This document shows positions 1-8,720 of a stretch of 20,000 bases of DNA, piece by piece. This stretch comes from Desulfonatronovibrionaceae bacterium (GTDB lineage Bacteria; Desulfobacterota; Desulfovibrionia; Desulfovibrionales; Desulfonatronovibrionaceae), in assembly GCA_046539845.1 (NCBI GenBank), contig JBKHGE010000002.1, positions 114,721 to 134,720 of the forward strand, given 5' to 3'. Position 1 is the first letter of the stretch. Each line of letters begins with the position of its first letter. Position numbers and translations under genes: made by a program. The notes beneath the pieces are model-generated. The model did no database searches. It worked only from the letters and a program-made list of their open reading frames with translations, and was not told the DNA's origin.

Positions 1-727
1 CGCAGCTGCTCAGAGCTGCGGCCGCAGGAATAGAGTCCATGGTGAAAAAGGGGACTTGACTGCTGACCGCTTTTTTAACTCCCGGGTCCAGGGGTATGGT
101 CCCGGTCAAATCCAGGGATATGCCCTCCAGAAAGTGGTCGCAAGCGGCATAGAGTTTCTTGAATACCTCCTGGCCGTCCTTTTCCGAGCGACACATGTTT
201 ATAAGTACCCGGAAGCGGTGGATGCCGTGATTGTTGTTCAAAACCTTTATCAGGGCATAGGCGTCTGTGAGCGAGGTGGGCTCCGGGGTAATGACCACCA
301 GGAGTTCCTGCACCGCCAGATTGAAATAGATAACATTATCGCTTATTCCCGCTCCCGTGTCCACGATAAGGAAATCCAAAGAGTGGTCCAGCCGGTCCAT
401 GGCTTCCAAAAGCTCGAGCTTCTGCCCGGCGGAGAGACTGTTTATCTCTGTAGCCCCGGAAGAGGCCGGAAGTATGGTGAACCCGTAGTTGGTTCGGACC
501 AGGATTTCTTCCAGGGAGACCCCGGATTCGAAGAGGTGGAAGATATTGTATTTCGGTGTCAGGCCCAGAAGTACATCCACATTGGCCAGGCCCAGGTCAG
601 CATCGAGCAAAAGCACATTTTTGCCCATTTCGGATAGGCAGTGGGCCAGGTTCACGGCCATGTTTGTCTTGCCTACCCCTCCCTTGCCCGAGGTCACGGA
701 GAGGACGACAGGTAGATTATTATTCAT
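1..727 (-). CDS. flhG: MinD/ParA-family flagellar number regulator FlhG/FleN (3' end off the window)
   Basis: Not in the ORF track because it has no stop in the window. Manual translation from ATG at 727: MNNNLPVVLSVTSGKGGVGKTNMAVNLA...LLDADLGLANVDVLLG...IVDTGAGISDNV...TPEPTSLTDAYALIK. Deviant Walker A motif; start overlaps the flhF stop. Confidence 0.93.
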   Translation of the reverse strand, partial: MNNNLPVVLSVTSGKGGVGKTNMAVNLAHCLSEMGKNVLLLDADLGLANVDVLLGLTPKYNIFHLFESGVSLEEILVRTNYGFTILPASSGATEINSLSAGQKLELLEAMDRLDHSLDFLIVDTGAGISDNVIYFNLAVQELLVVITPEPTSLTDAYALIKVLNNNHGIHRFRVLINMCRSEKDGQEVFKKLYAACDHFLEGISLDLTGTIPLDPGVKKAVSSQVPFFTMDSIPAAAALSSC

Positions 728-1793
728 ACAGGATTCCGTTGTTGCCCGAAGGCATTTCATGTTTGAATATAAGCCGCCAGATATCCTTTTTGGCCACCCG
801 ATGCGAGCAGTCCCTGAGGCCGATGCCGAAGGAGAATCCGGATACCGGCAGGCCGGTCCTCCAAGTCGTATTCAGTATGCCCCCGAAGATACATGCCTCG
901 TCCAGTTTAGTCCAGATAAGGCTTTTGAGTTCCGGGTGGGAATATCTGCGGATATAGCTGTGCATATGGATGTCCGCATACACTGGACTCAAAACCAGGT
1001 GCAGGCCCATGTCTTCCGGATGGTCGCCGCGGGCCAAGAGCCAGTCTTTAAGGTCCTGGCCCGGAGTCATGCCCGGGATGTCCACCAGGACCAGATCGTG
1101 TTTTTTGCGCAGGCTTCCCAGCCGGCCCCAAAGCGCCCGGGAGGCGATTTCCTCATAGGCGAACCCGGAAAGGTCGCAGTAGTGCTTAAGAAACAGGCGC
1201 CCCCCGGCGTGCAGGGCATCCGCATTGGCCACGCATACAGAGATTTCCTTGTGCTTGCGTTTGCACTCCAGGGCGTAGCGGATGAGTGATGTGCTCTTGC
1301 CTGCTCCGTTGGGGCCGCAGAACCCGATGACTTCCTGCCGGGGGAAGTTCTGGGTCTCCAGCCCGCCGGTTTCCAGGAATTCGTCCAGGACCGCCAGAGT
1401 GGGGCGGCCGTTTTTGTGCAGCCTGTGCCATATGCGCATGATCAGTTCCGGGGCCACTCCCTCCTTTTCCAGGTGCTCCAATCCCAGGGCCTGCCTGGAG
1501 GTGAGCTTGGACTTGTCCAGGCCGGGGCGAATAAGATCAAAAATGCTTTTTTTGAAGGTTTCCCATTCCCGGCGCCACCCCGGGTCCACTGGATCGGAGC
1601 CCAGGGCAAAGTCCTGCGCGGTTCTGCCGTTGTCCGCATCTTTGTTCTCCAGGCCAGCGACCACCTCGCAGACTGGCTTGCCCTCGATTTTTTTGTGTTC
1701 CGTGCTCAAAATGGCCGCCTCTGAGCCCAATTCAGACTTTATTCTGCCCATGACCTCGGACAGGGTCCGGCCGGTATAGGTTTTAACCCGCAT
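720..1793 (-). CDS. flhF: Flagellar biosynthesis SRP-type GTPase FlhF
   Basis: N-terminus MRVKTYTGRTLSEVMGRIKSELGSEAAIL, P-loop GPNGAGKST, G4 TKLDE; lies between flhA and flhG. Confidence 0.9.
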   Translation of the reverse strand: MRVKTYTGRTLSEVMGRIKSELGSEAAILSTEHKKIEGKPVCEVVAGLENKDADNGRTAQDFALGSDPVDPGWRREWETFKKSIFDLIRPGLDKSKLTSRQALGLEHLEKEGVAPELIMRIWHRLHKNGRPTLAVLDEFLETGGLETQNFPRQEVIGFCGPNGAGKSTSLIRYALECKRKHKEISVCVANADALHAGGRLFLKHYCDLSGFAYEEIASRALWGRLGSLRKKHDLVLVDIPGMTPGQDLKDWLLARGDHPEDMGLHLVLSPVYADIHMHSYIRRYSHPELKSLIWTKLDEACIFGGILNTTWRTGLPVSGFSFGIGLRDCSHRVAKKDIWRLIFKHEMPSGNNGILYE

Positions 1794-3891
1794 CGTCCAT
1801 CCTCACTACCTTGGCCGATTCCAGTCTGATGTCCGGCGGGATCTCCGCCTGGGAGATAACCGGCAGAATGGGGATGAACCTCTGGATGAGCTGGGCCAGG
1901 TGAGGCCGGACCTGGGGGGAGACCAAGAGGGCCGGTTGTCCTTCCGTGACCGTGTTTTTCTCCATAAATTTGTTCAAGGCCTGGATGATCTTCTGCGCCC
2001 TGGCCGGTTCCAGGGCCAGAAATGTGCCCTGGTCCGACTGCCGGACACTGTCCTGGATGACCTTGTCCAACTGCTCGTCAAAGGTAATTATGGGCAGGAT
2101 GTTGTTTTCCGATAGATAAGGCTTGGTCACCGCCCGGCTCATTTTTTGGCGGATGAGTTCGGTTAACTGCTCTGCGTCCTTGGTTTGGGTCCCGAAATCA
2201 GCCAGGTTCTCCACGATGGTCAAAAGGTCGCGGATGGACACGCCCTCCCGGACCAGATTCTGCAGGACCTTCTGCACCGTGCCCAGGTTGAGCGTCCCGG
2301 GCACAAGATCTTCGACTGCCTTGGGCGCCCTCTGGGCGAGATTGTCCAGCAGGCTCTGGACCTCCTGTCTGCCCAGAAATTCGTGCAGGTTGCGCTTGAA
2401 GACCTCGGTCAGGTGGGTGGCTATCACGGTGGAGGGGTCCACGACCGTGTATCCAGCCATGGTGGCCTCTTCCTTGCGTTCTTTGGGTATCCATAGGGCC
2501 GGGAGGTTAAAGGCCGGCTCCAAAGTCTTCACCCCTTTTATCCTGTGTTTGACGTCTCCCGGGTCCATAGCCAGATAGTGGTCGATCATGATCTCCGCCC
2601 GGGTTACTTCGTTGCCCTTGATCTGGACCGCGTATTCCCCGGGTTTGAGCTGCAAGTTGTCCCGCAGGTGCAAAGAGGGGATGACCACGCCCATATCCAG
2701 TGCGAACTGTCTGCGGATGGATTTAATGCGTGAGAGCAGATTGCCGTTTTGTTCTTCGTCCACCAGGGGGATGAGCCCGTATCCGACTTCGAGTTCCAAA
2801 GTATCCAGGGGAAGCAGGCTCTGGACCTCTTCCGGAGTGTCGGCTGTTTTTTCTTCTGCCTTCTGGCCCTTTTGGGCCTCTTTTGCCTCCAGCATGGCCC
2901 GGTTTTTGGCGGACATGATCGCGATCATAAAAATGGCTGCGGACAGGATGCCGAAGGCCAGAGTGGGCATTCCCGGGACCAGGGCGAACATGAGCAGTAC
3001 GCCGCTGACCAAGCGCAATGCGCGGGGGTGGAATGTGAGCTGGCCGATGATCTCTTCGCCCATCTGTGCTTCAGCCGCGGCCCGGCTGACTATCATGCCC
3101 GCAGAGGTAGAGACTATGAGCGAAGGGATGGTGGAAACCAGTCCGTCGCCTATGGTCAGCAGGGTATAGGTTTGGGCCGCTTCCATCCAGGCCATGTCCT
3201 TCTGAAAAACGCCGATAAGCAGCCCGCCGACTATATTGATAACCGTGATCAATATGCCGGCGTTGACATCACCCTCCACGAACTTGCCCGCACCGTCCAT
3301 GGCCCCGTAGAAGTCCGATTCCTTACGCAGGGCCTCGCGCTCTTTCTTGGCTTCTTGTTCGTCAATCAACCCGGCGTTCAGATCGGCCTCGATGGACATC
3401 TGCTTCCCGGGCATGGCATCCAGGGTGAACCGAGCCGCGACTTCCGCTATGCGGGTGGTGCCTTTGGTGATGACCATTTTGTTCAGGGCAAAAAGGATAA
3501 GGAAGATGATTATCCCGATGGCAAAGCTGCCCCCGACAACAAACTGCCCAAAGGCCTCGATCACATTTCCGGCCGCCCCTGGGCCGCGTTCTCCGTGTAA
3601 AAGAATAAGCCGGGTGGAAGCCACGTTAAGGGCCAGGCGGTTCAGGGTGGTCACCAGGAGTATAGAGGGGAAAATGGAGAACTCCAGGGGCGACTTCATG
3701 AACATGGTGGTCAGGAGAATGACCAGGGAAAAGGAAATACTGAAGGAGAGCATAAGATCCAGGACGATGGTGGGCAGGGGAATGAGCATCACGAACAGGA
3801 TTATGACCACTCCTCCGGCCAGGAGGATGTCTCCCTGCTTGGCGAAGCGGGAGTAATCCAGGTTCATAATTGCTGATTGTTTTGATGCCAT
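1783..3891 (-). CDS. flhA: Flagellar export apparatus protein FlhA
   Basis: 702 aa; FHIPEP motif RIAEVAARFTLDAMPGKQMSIEADLNAG, FYGAMDGAGKFV, LELEVGYGLIPLVD. Confidence 0.98.
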   Translation of the reverse strand: MASKQSAIMNLDYSRFAKQGDILLAGGVVIILFVMLIPLPTIVLDLMLSFSISFSLVILLTTMFMKSPLEFSIFPSILLVTTLNRLALNVASTRLILLHGERGPGAAGNVIEAFGQFVVGGSFAIGIIIFLILFALNKMVITKGTTRIAEVAARFTLDAMPGKQMSIEADLNAGLIDEQEAKKEREALRKESDFYGAMDGAGKFVEGDVNAGILITVINIVGGLLIGVFQKDMAWMEAAQTYTLLTIGDGLVSTIPSLIVSTSAGMIVSRAAAEAQMGEEIIGQLTFHPRALRLVSGVLLMFALVPGMPTLAFGILSAAIFMIAIMSAKNRAMLEAKEAQKGQKAEEKTADTPEEVQSLLPLDTLELEVGYGLIPLVDEEQNGNLLSRIKSIRRQFALDMGVVIPSLHLRDNLQLKPGEYAVQIKGNEVTRAEIMIDHYLAMDPGDVKHRIKGVKTLEPAFNLPALWIPKERKEEATMAGYTVVDPSTVIATHLTEVFKRNLHEFLGRQEVQSLLDNLAQRAPKAVEDLVPGTLNLGTVQKVLQNLVREGVSIRDLLTIVENLADFGTQTKDAEQLTELIRQKMSRAVTKPYLSENNILPIITFDEQLDKVIQDSVRQSDQGTFLALEPARAQKIIQALNKFMEKNTVTEGQPALLVSPQVRPHLAQLIQRFIPILPVISQAEIPPDIRLESAKVVRMDDAG

Positions 3892-3908
3892 AAAATTGAC
3901 GTCCGGAC

Positions 3909-4973
3909 TTATCCGGGTTGCTTTTTGTATTTATAGAGTTCTGCCAGTATTGCGGCCACCGCCTTGTACATCTCTTCGGGTATGGACTCTCCTATTTCCA
4001 CACTCTTATACAAAGCCTGTGCCAAGGGCTTGTTCTCCCGGATGGGCACATCGTGCTCCCTGGCGATTTCTTTGATCTTTTCCGCCATGTAGTCCGCGCC
4101 CTTGGCCAGGACCAGAGGCGCCGGGGCCTTGCTAGGGTCATACTTCAGGGCCACGGCAATATGGGTGGGGTTGGTAATGACCACGTCCGCCTCCGGGACC
4201 TCCTTTCTCATCCGTTGCTGCATGGAAGAGAACATCTTCTGACGCTGCTCTTTTTTCATGGCTGGGTCGCCTTCTGCCTGCTTGCGTTCGTCCTTGATCT
4301 CGTCTTTGGTCATTTTCAGGTTTTCCTCGTAGTCCCAGCGCTGATAGACTAGGTCGATTATGGCAATTATGATCATGGGCACCAGGGCGTAGAGGAATGT
4401 CTTGTATCCCAGCTCCAGGATGTACACGATCACCCCCTCGATGCTCTGGTAAAATAGGGGCAAAAAATTGTGGATCTCAGATTTGATCACCAGGTACGGG
4501 GCCACGGCAATGACCGCGGCCTGAAAGATGCTGCGGACCAGCTTGATCGCGGAATTCAGGTTACATATCTTTCCCAATCCGCTTACTATATTAAATTTGG
4601 ATATCTTCGGCTTGAACGGCTTGAAGGTCCACAGGTGTCCGACCTGGGCCCGGATACAGACAACACAGGCCAGGAAAACAAAGAGCATTATCGGCAGCAG
4701 GATCAAGGCCATCTGCTGTATGCTGTAGACAAACACGGAGCGTATGGTGTCCGTGTTCAGGTCCATAAGGATCTGCTTGTCCAGGAAAAAGCGGCAGGTC
4801 TCGGTGAGTTTTGTGCTTATAAACGGAAAGGTAAGGCGGATGATGATCAGTCCGGCAACAATAGTTACCGCTTTGGGCATCTCCTCGCTTCGGGGTACAT
4901 TCCCTTCCTGGCGGGCCTTTCTCCTTTGTTTGGGAGTGGCTTTTTCCGTTCTGCTCGGGTCTTTTTGGGGCAT
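3909..4973 (-). CDS. flhB: Flagellar export substrate-specificity protein FlhB
   Basis: RTEKATPK start, KMTKDEIKDERKQAEGDP, autocleavage motif NPTH. Confidence 0.98.
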   Translation of the reverse strand: MPQKDPSRTEKATPKQRRKARQEGNVPRSEEMPKAVTIVAGLIIIRLTFPFISTKLTETCRFFLDKQILMDLNTDTIRSVFVYSIQQMALILLPIMLFVFLACVVCIRAQVGHLWTFKPFKPKISKFNIVSGLGKICNLNSAIKLVRSIFQAAVIAVAPYLVIKSEIHNFLPLFYQSIEGVIVYILELGYKTFLYALVPMIIIAIIDLVYQRWDYEENLKMTKDEIKDERKQAEGDPAMKKEQRQKMFSSMQQRMRKEVPEADVVITNPTHIAVALKYDPSKAPAPLVLAKGADYMAEKIKEIAREHDVPIRENKPLAQALYKSVEIGESIPEEMYKAVAAILAELYKYKKQPG

Positions 4974-4994
4974 TATTCAATCCGGGGTTGCATT

Positions 4995-5774
4995 TCAGCT
5001 TCCGGCCCTAAGCACTTGCAGGAACATGGAATCCAGATCCGCGACATAATCGGTTATATACACCGTCATTAATTTGAACAGCATGCCCAGGAAAATAAAT
5101 CCGACCATAATCCGGACCGGCATGCCCACGAACAATACGTTCATCTGCGGCGCGGCCCGGGCTACCAAGGCCAGGGCGATATCCACCAGGATGACCGTGG
5201 CCGTGACCGGGGCGGCTATCTTGACTGCCAGCAGAAATAGCATGGCCGAAAAGCTGAGCATTTTGTCCAGGAGCACCGGAGTGAGAAGGAACCCGCCCGG
5301 GGGAACGATCTCAAAGCTTTGGGCCAGTCCGGAGAGGAGATAGAGGTGCCCGTTTAAGGACAGAAAGATAAGCAGGGATATCATATACAGGAGATGGGCG
5401 GTGACCGCTTCTGAAATCCCGGTTATAGGATCGACCACATTGACTATGGCAAAGCCCATCTGGAATCCGATCAATTGTCCCCCGGTCTGAACGGCTGCGA
5501 ACAGGAAGTTGACTATAAGCCCCAGGCTCAGACCGAGCAGGAGTTCACCCAGGATCATGAGCAAAATCCCTAGGGGATGGTCCGGGAAATAGGAGGGGTC
5601 AAAGGAAAGAGCGGGCCACAGCCCCAGGGTAAGGACCAGGCACAGGGCGGCCTTGATTGTCCGGGGCAGGGCCTGCCCCCCGAAAAAAGGCAGAAGAAAG
5701 AGGACGATACTCACCCGGAAGAAGGTCAAAAAAAAGCTTGTCAGGGTTTGCTGATCCAAGTCAAAAAGGTCCAT
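4995..5774 (-). CDS. fliR: Flagellar export gate protein FliR
   Basis: 259 aa hydrophobic protein with GQLIGFQMGFAIVNVVDP, LNGHL and RAAPQMNVLFVGMP; directly upstream of flhB. Confidence 0.96.
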   Translation of the reverse strand: MDLFDLDQQTLTSFFLTFFRVSIVLFLLPFFGGQALPRTIKAALCLVLTLGLWPALSFDPSYFPDHPLGILLMILGELLLGLSLGLIVNFLFAAVQTGGQLIGFQMGFAIVNVVDPITGISEAVTAHLLYMISLLIFLSLNGHLYLLSGLAQSFEIVPPGGFLLTPVLLDKMLSFSAMLFLLAVKIAAPVTATVILVDIALALVARAAPQMNVLFVGMPVRIMVGFIFLGMLFKLMTVYITDYVADLDSMFLQVLRAGS

Positions 5775-5785
5775 GCATTGCCATG

Positions 5786-5801
5786 AGCAAAATGCGGACC
5801 A
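5786..5801 (-). promoter_or_regulatory. Sigma54 (-24/-12) promoter of the fliR-flhBAFG operon
   Basis: Minus strand TGGTCCGCATTTTGCT has GG-N10-GC spacing and is close to the TGGCAC-N5-TTGCW consensus; it lies immediately upstream of a flagellar operon. Confidence 0.7.
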
Positions 5802-6002
5802 GAGGATCGGGGACGGTTTGGCAGGCTTATGTATCCTGCCTGCAGGGTCAGGACCAGGCTGTACCTGTTAGCGGGCTGTTTTCCGGATCCGGCGGACAAG
5901 AGTGGAGACCTGTTTTGCCCACCCGGTAATGCATCCCGGCATTCAAGACAGCCTTGAAGCAGTCGGCCGGGCCTGAGTCAATTCCGCTGCGAAGAGGTAA
6001 GG

Positions 6003-6908
6003 CTAGTCCAGGATATAGCGCATGGGGTCTACCGGGACCCCGTTGTTGCGCACCTCGTAGTGCAGATGGGGGCCGGTGCTGCGACCGGTGTTGCCCACAT
6101 GGCCTAGGAGTTGCCCCCTTTCCACCTCCTGGCCGGGCTCGACCTTGTATCTTTTCAGGTGTCCGTAGCGGGTCTTGAGGCCGTTGCCGTGGTCCAGAAC
6201 CACGCATATTCCGTAGGCCCCGTCCTTGCCGCTGAAGACCACCTTGCCGTTGGCCGGGGAGTAAATTGGGGTCCCTGTGGGGCCGCTTATATCCAGTCCC
6301 TTATGGAATTCACGCCTGCCGGTGAACGGGGAAGTGCGATACCCGAAATCCGAGGATACCCAGCCCTGGGTGGGCCAGATGGAGGGAGTGGAGGCCAGGA
6401 TCTGCTTTTTGTCCTTCAGGTGGTCCAAAAGCTCCTTTTGCCTCATCTGTTCCAGCTTGGCGTCCGTGCTCAGCTCGTCCAGGAAATTGTGCATCTTGCG
6501 GGCCAAAAGCTCCTGGCGATGGCTGGAGAGGAAGGCCTCGGACAGCTTTTCTATTTCCGGACCGCCCAAAGAAGGTGAGAGGAAGGGCTGCCCGGAATCC
6601 AGATTGGCCATCACCCGCAGTTTGGAATCCAGGGCTTTGACCTTGGTCAGGTCTTTTTCCAGGGAGTTTATTTTCTGGGCCAGAGAAAGGAGCTGGCCTT
6701 TTTGCTTTTGTATAGTTTTCTGTGAATCCTGCATCTGGGTCTGCATAACCTGATATTTGTGATAGAAGGTCCCGAAATATACGCTGCTGCCAAGCAGTCC
6801 GATAATCAAAAATAAAATCACAGCCGGAGTCCAGCTGCGGATATGGAGCTTGCGGCAGCACCCCTGTTTTTCTTTGAAAACAATGATTTCGTATTTAGGG
6901 CCGATCAT
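6003..6908 (-). CDS. M23-family metallopeptidase (N-terminal TM helix, coiled coil, M23 domain)
   Basis: Zn ligands HKGLD (HxxxD) and TGPHLHYEV; PSIWPTQGWVSSDFGYR; hydrophobic N-terminal segment. Confidence 0.93.
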   Translation of the reverse strand: MIGPKYEIIVFKEKQGCCRKLHIRSWTPAVILFLIIGLLGSSVYFGTFYHKYQVMQTQMQDSQKTIQKQKGQLLSLAQKINSLEKDLTKVKALDSKLRVMANLDSGQPFLSPSLGGPEIEKLSEAFLSSHRQELLARKMHNFLDELSTDAKLEQMRQKELLDHLKDKKQILASTPSIWPTQGWVSSDFGYRTSPFTGRREFHKGLDISGPTGTPIYSPANGKVVFSGKDGAYGICVVLDHGNGLKTRYGHLKRYKVEPGQEVERGQLLGHVGNTGRSTGPHLHYEVRNNGVPVDPMRYILD

Positions 6909-6953
6909 GTCTGTCCCTTTTTATTTCGGGTTGTCTCTATTTTTAGACTTTGG

Positions 6954-6982
6954 AATCTAGTTTAACTGCGAATCCAAGTCAA
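6954..6982 (-). promoter_or_regulatory. Putative sigma70 promoter for the M23 gene, embedded in the 3' end of ttcA
   Basis: Minus strand TTGACT-N17-TAGATT; the -10 box includes the ttcA TAG stop. Confidence 0.55.
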
Positions 6983-7703
6983 GTTGCCATCTGGCAATGG
7001 CGTTAAAAATATTTTTTTCAATCATTTTGTCCCGGCCGGTCAGGGCCTCCAGGCGGGAGAGCACTTGCTTTCTTTTGTTCTTCCCCGCCGAAGGGCAGGG
7101 GTTTTCCCAAACCGGCAGCTCCCATTCCCGGGCCGCCTTTATGAGCCTGCTTTTTTCCGTAAGCAGCATGGGCCGAATGACTCGGAGTCTTCCGGAAAAA
7201 AAAGGTTCGTTGGCAGTCATCCCGCGTATGTTTCCGGTCTGGAGCATGTTCAAGAAAAAGGTCTCCACCAAGTCCTCCCTGGTATGTCCCAGGGCCAGGT
7301 GGGTCAGATGGTAGTCTCTACAGAGCTCGAACAGCCTTTTGCGCCGTTTCCAGGCGCATAAGAAACAGGGGGACTTTTTGCGGTTGGCCCGGGAATGGGC
7401 GTAATTGCCGATGTCGGTTGTCTCGGTATAAGCGGGCACCGGCTGTTTGTCCAGCCAGTCCAGAAGGGGCCGGTGATTGCCGGGGTCAAAACCGGGGTTT
7501 ATATGCAGGACCATGATCTCGAAATAAAAGGGGACCATGCGCTGCCTGGCCAAAAGCACCCTGAGCATGGCCCAGCTGTCCACTCCGCCGGACAGGGCCA
7601 CTCCCACCCTGGCCCCGGGCCAGAGCATGCCGGTGCGGTGCATTAGCTTTCCAGCGCTGGATATGCAGTTTTTCTGGGCGTAGGAAAGTCTTTTCCCGGG
7701 CAT
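6957..7703 (-). CDS. ttcA: TtcA-family tRNA thiolase (PP-loop ATPase)
   Basis: PP-loop VALSGGVDS, PCFLCAWKRRKRLF, LALGHTREDLVETFFLN, VIRPM, NPCP. Confidence 0.8.
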   Translation of the reverse strand: MPGKRLSYAQKNCISSAGKLMHRTGMLWPGARVGVALSGGVDSWAMLRVLLARQRMVPFYFEIMVLHINPGFDPGNHRPLLDWLDKQPVPAYTETTDIGNYAHSRANRKKSPCFLCAWKRRKRLFELCRDYHLTHLALGHTREDLVETFFLNMLQTGNIRGMTANEPFFSGRLRVIRPMLLTEKSRLIKAAREWELPVWENPCPSAGKNKRKQVLSRLEALTGRDKMIEKNIFNAIARWQLDLDSQLN

Positions 7704-7843
7704 GAAAATTGTCCTTTATTTTTGTTAGCCAGGTATGGTAATAAAAAGTTAAACGGACCAAACAATACTTAGACCCTTATTTATAGCGAAGACTTTTTAA
7801 TATCACCTGGCTACAGAGGTCAAACAGTAAAGAGGGAGGAAAA

Positions 7844-8143
7844 ATGGTGATAATCAACAGTCAAAAGTTCCCCAGTCAGGAACAGCTGGTGGCGCATGTG
7901 GACCGGACCAGATGCGACGGTTGCGCCATTTGTGTGGATATCTGCCCCACAAACGCGCTGGAGGTGCGGGAAAACAAGAACCGGCCCGGACACAGGGTGG
8001 TTTTTGTTTATCCCCGGTTGTGCGAGGGATGCGGAGTGTGTCAGGGGACCTGCCCCAAGGAGGCCATCTTTATCCCCGGGTTCAGCCTTATGGATCTGCG
8101 GCGGATGATAAAACAGGCCATTGAGTATAAAGAACCGGCCTGA
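7844..8143 (+). CDS. 2[4Fe-4S] dicluster ferredoxin-like protein
   Basis: Two CxxCxxCxxxCP motifs (CDGCAICVDICP and CEGCGVCQGTCP); GGAGGA SD upstream. Confidence 0.9.
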   Translation: MVIINSQKFPSQEQLVAHVDRTRCDGCAICVDICPTNALEVRENKNRPGHRVVFVYPRLCEGCGVCQGTCPKEAIFIPGFSLMDLRRMIKQAIEYKEPA

Positions 8144-8249
8144 TCCGGCTCATCGCTTTATATCCTGCTGCAAGCAGGTAATATATCCGAGTGTTTTAAA
8201 ATCCGCTCCAAGCTGGCAAGGCTTCCTGTCCTTCGCTTCCCCGACAGTG

Positions 8250-8277
8250 TTGACAATCCGAAAACCCGGTCTATAAT
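8250..8277 (+). promoter_or_regulatory. Consensus sigma70 promoter upstream of rpoZ-dnaJ-moaC
   Basis: TTGACA (8250-8255)-N16-TATAAT (8272-8277); both hexamers are perfect. Confidence 0.75.
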
Positions 8278-8502
8278 TCACAGTTGGGAGCAATACTCTT
8301 TCCGGGCCACGGCCGGCCCGGCTTTGCTTGGCAGTGCGGCGGATATTTTCCCTTGACCGATGCCGGGTTAACAGTCTAAATAATTCTGCTTTTCCAGTCT
8401 GCGCACTGGTGTGCAGGCAGCGGGTTGCCCCTTTCTTTTGTTGGCAGGGGGGATAGTACCGCGCTAATTCCGGCTTGAAAACAGTCTTATACGGAGAGAA
8501 TT

Positions 8503-8718
8503 ATGGCGAGGATTACTGTTGAGGACTGCCTGGCTCAGGTGGACAACAGGTTTATGGTGGTTCAGATGGCGATAAAGAGGATCAAACAGTACAATGACGG
8601 CTACGAACCGCTGGTGGAGTGCAAGAACAAGAGGGTGGTCACCGCCCTGCGGGAGATAGCCGCAGGCAAGGTAAAGCCGTCCAAGCCCATTGAACAGGCA
8701 GGACTGAATCTAGATTAA
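8503..8718 (+). CDS. rpoZ: RNA polymerase omega subunit
   Basis: [10 protein letters not shown]...NRF...KR...[13 protein letters not shown]. Confidence 0.96.
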   Translation: MARITVEDCLAQVDNRFMVVQMAIKRIKQYNDGYEPLVECKNKRVVTALREIAAGKVKPSKPIEQAGLNLD

Positions 8719-8720
8719 AT

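Noticed and set aside
56..5100. Numerous plus-strand ORFs of 100-280 aa
   Set aside because: These are antisense shadow frames of the flagellar genes, as expected in GC-rich DNA.
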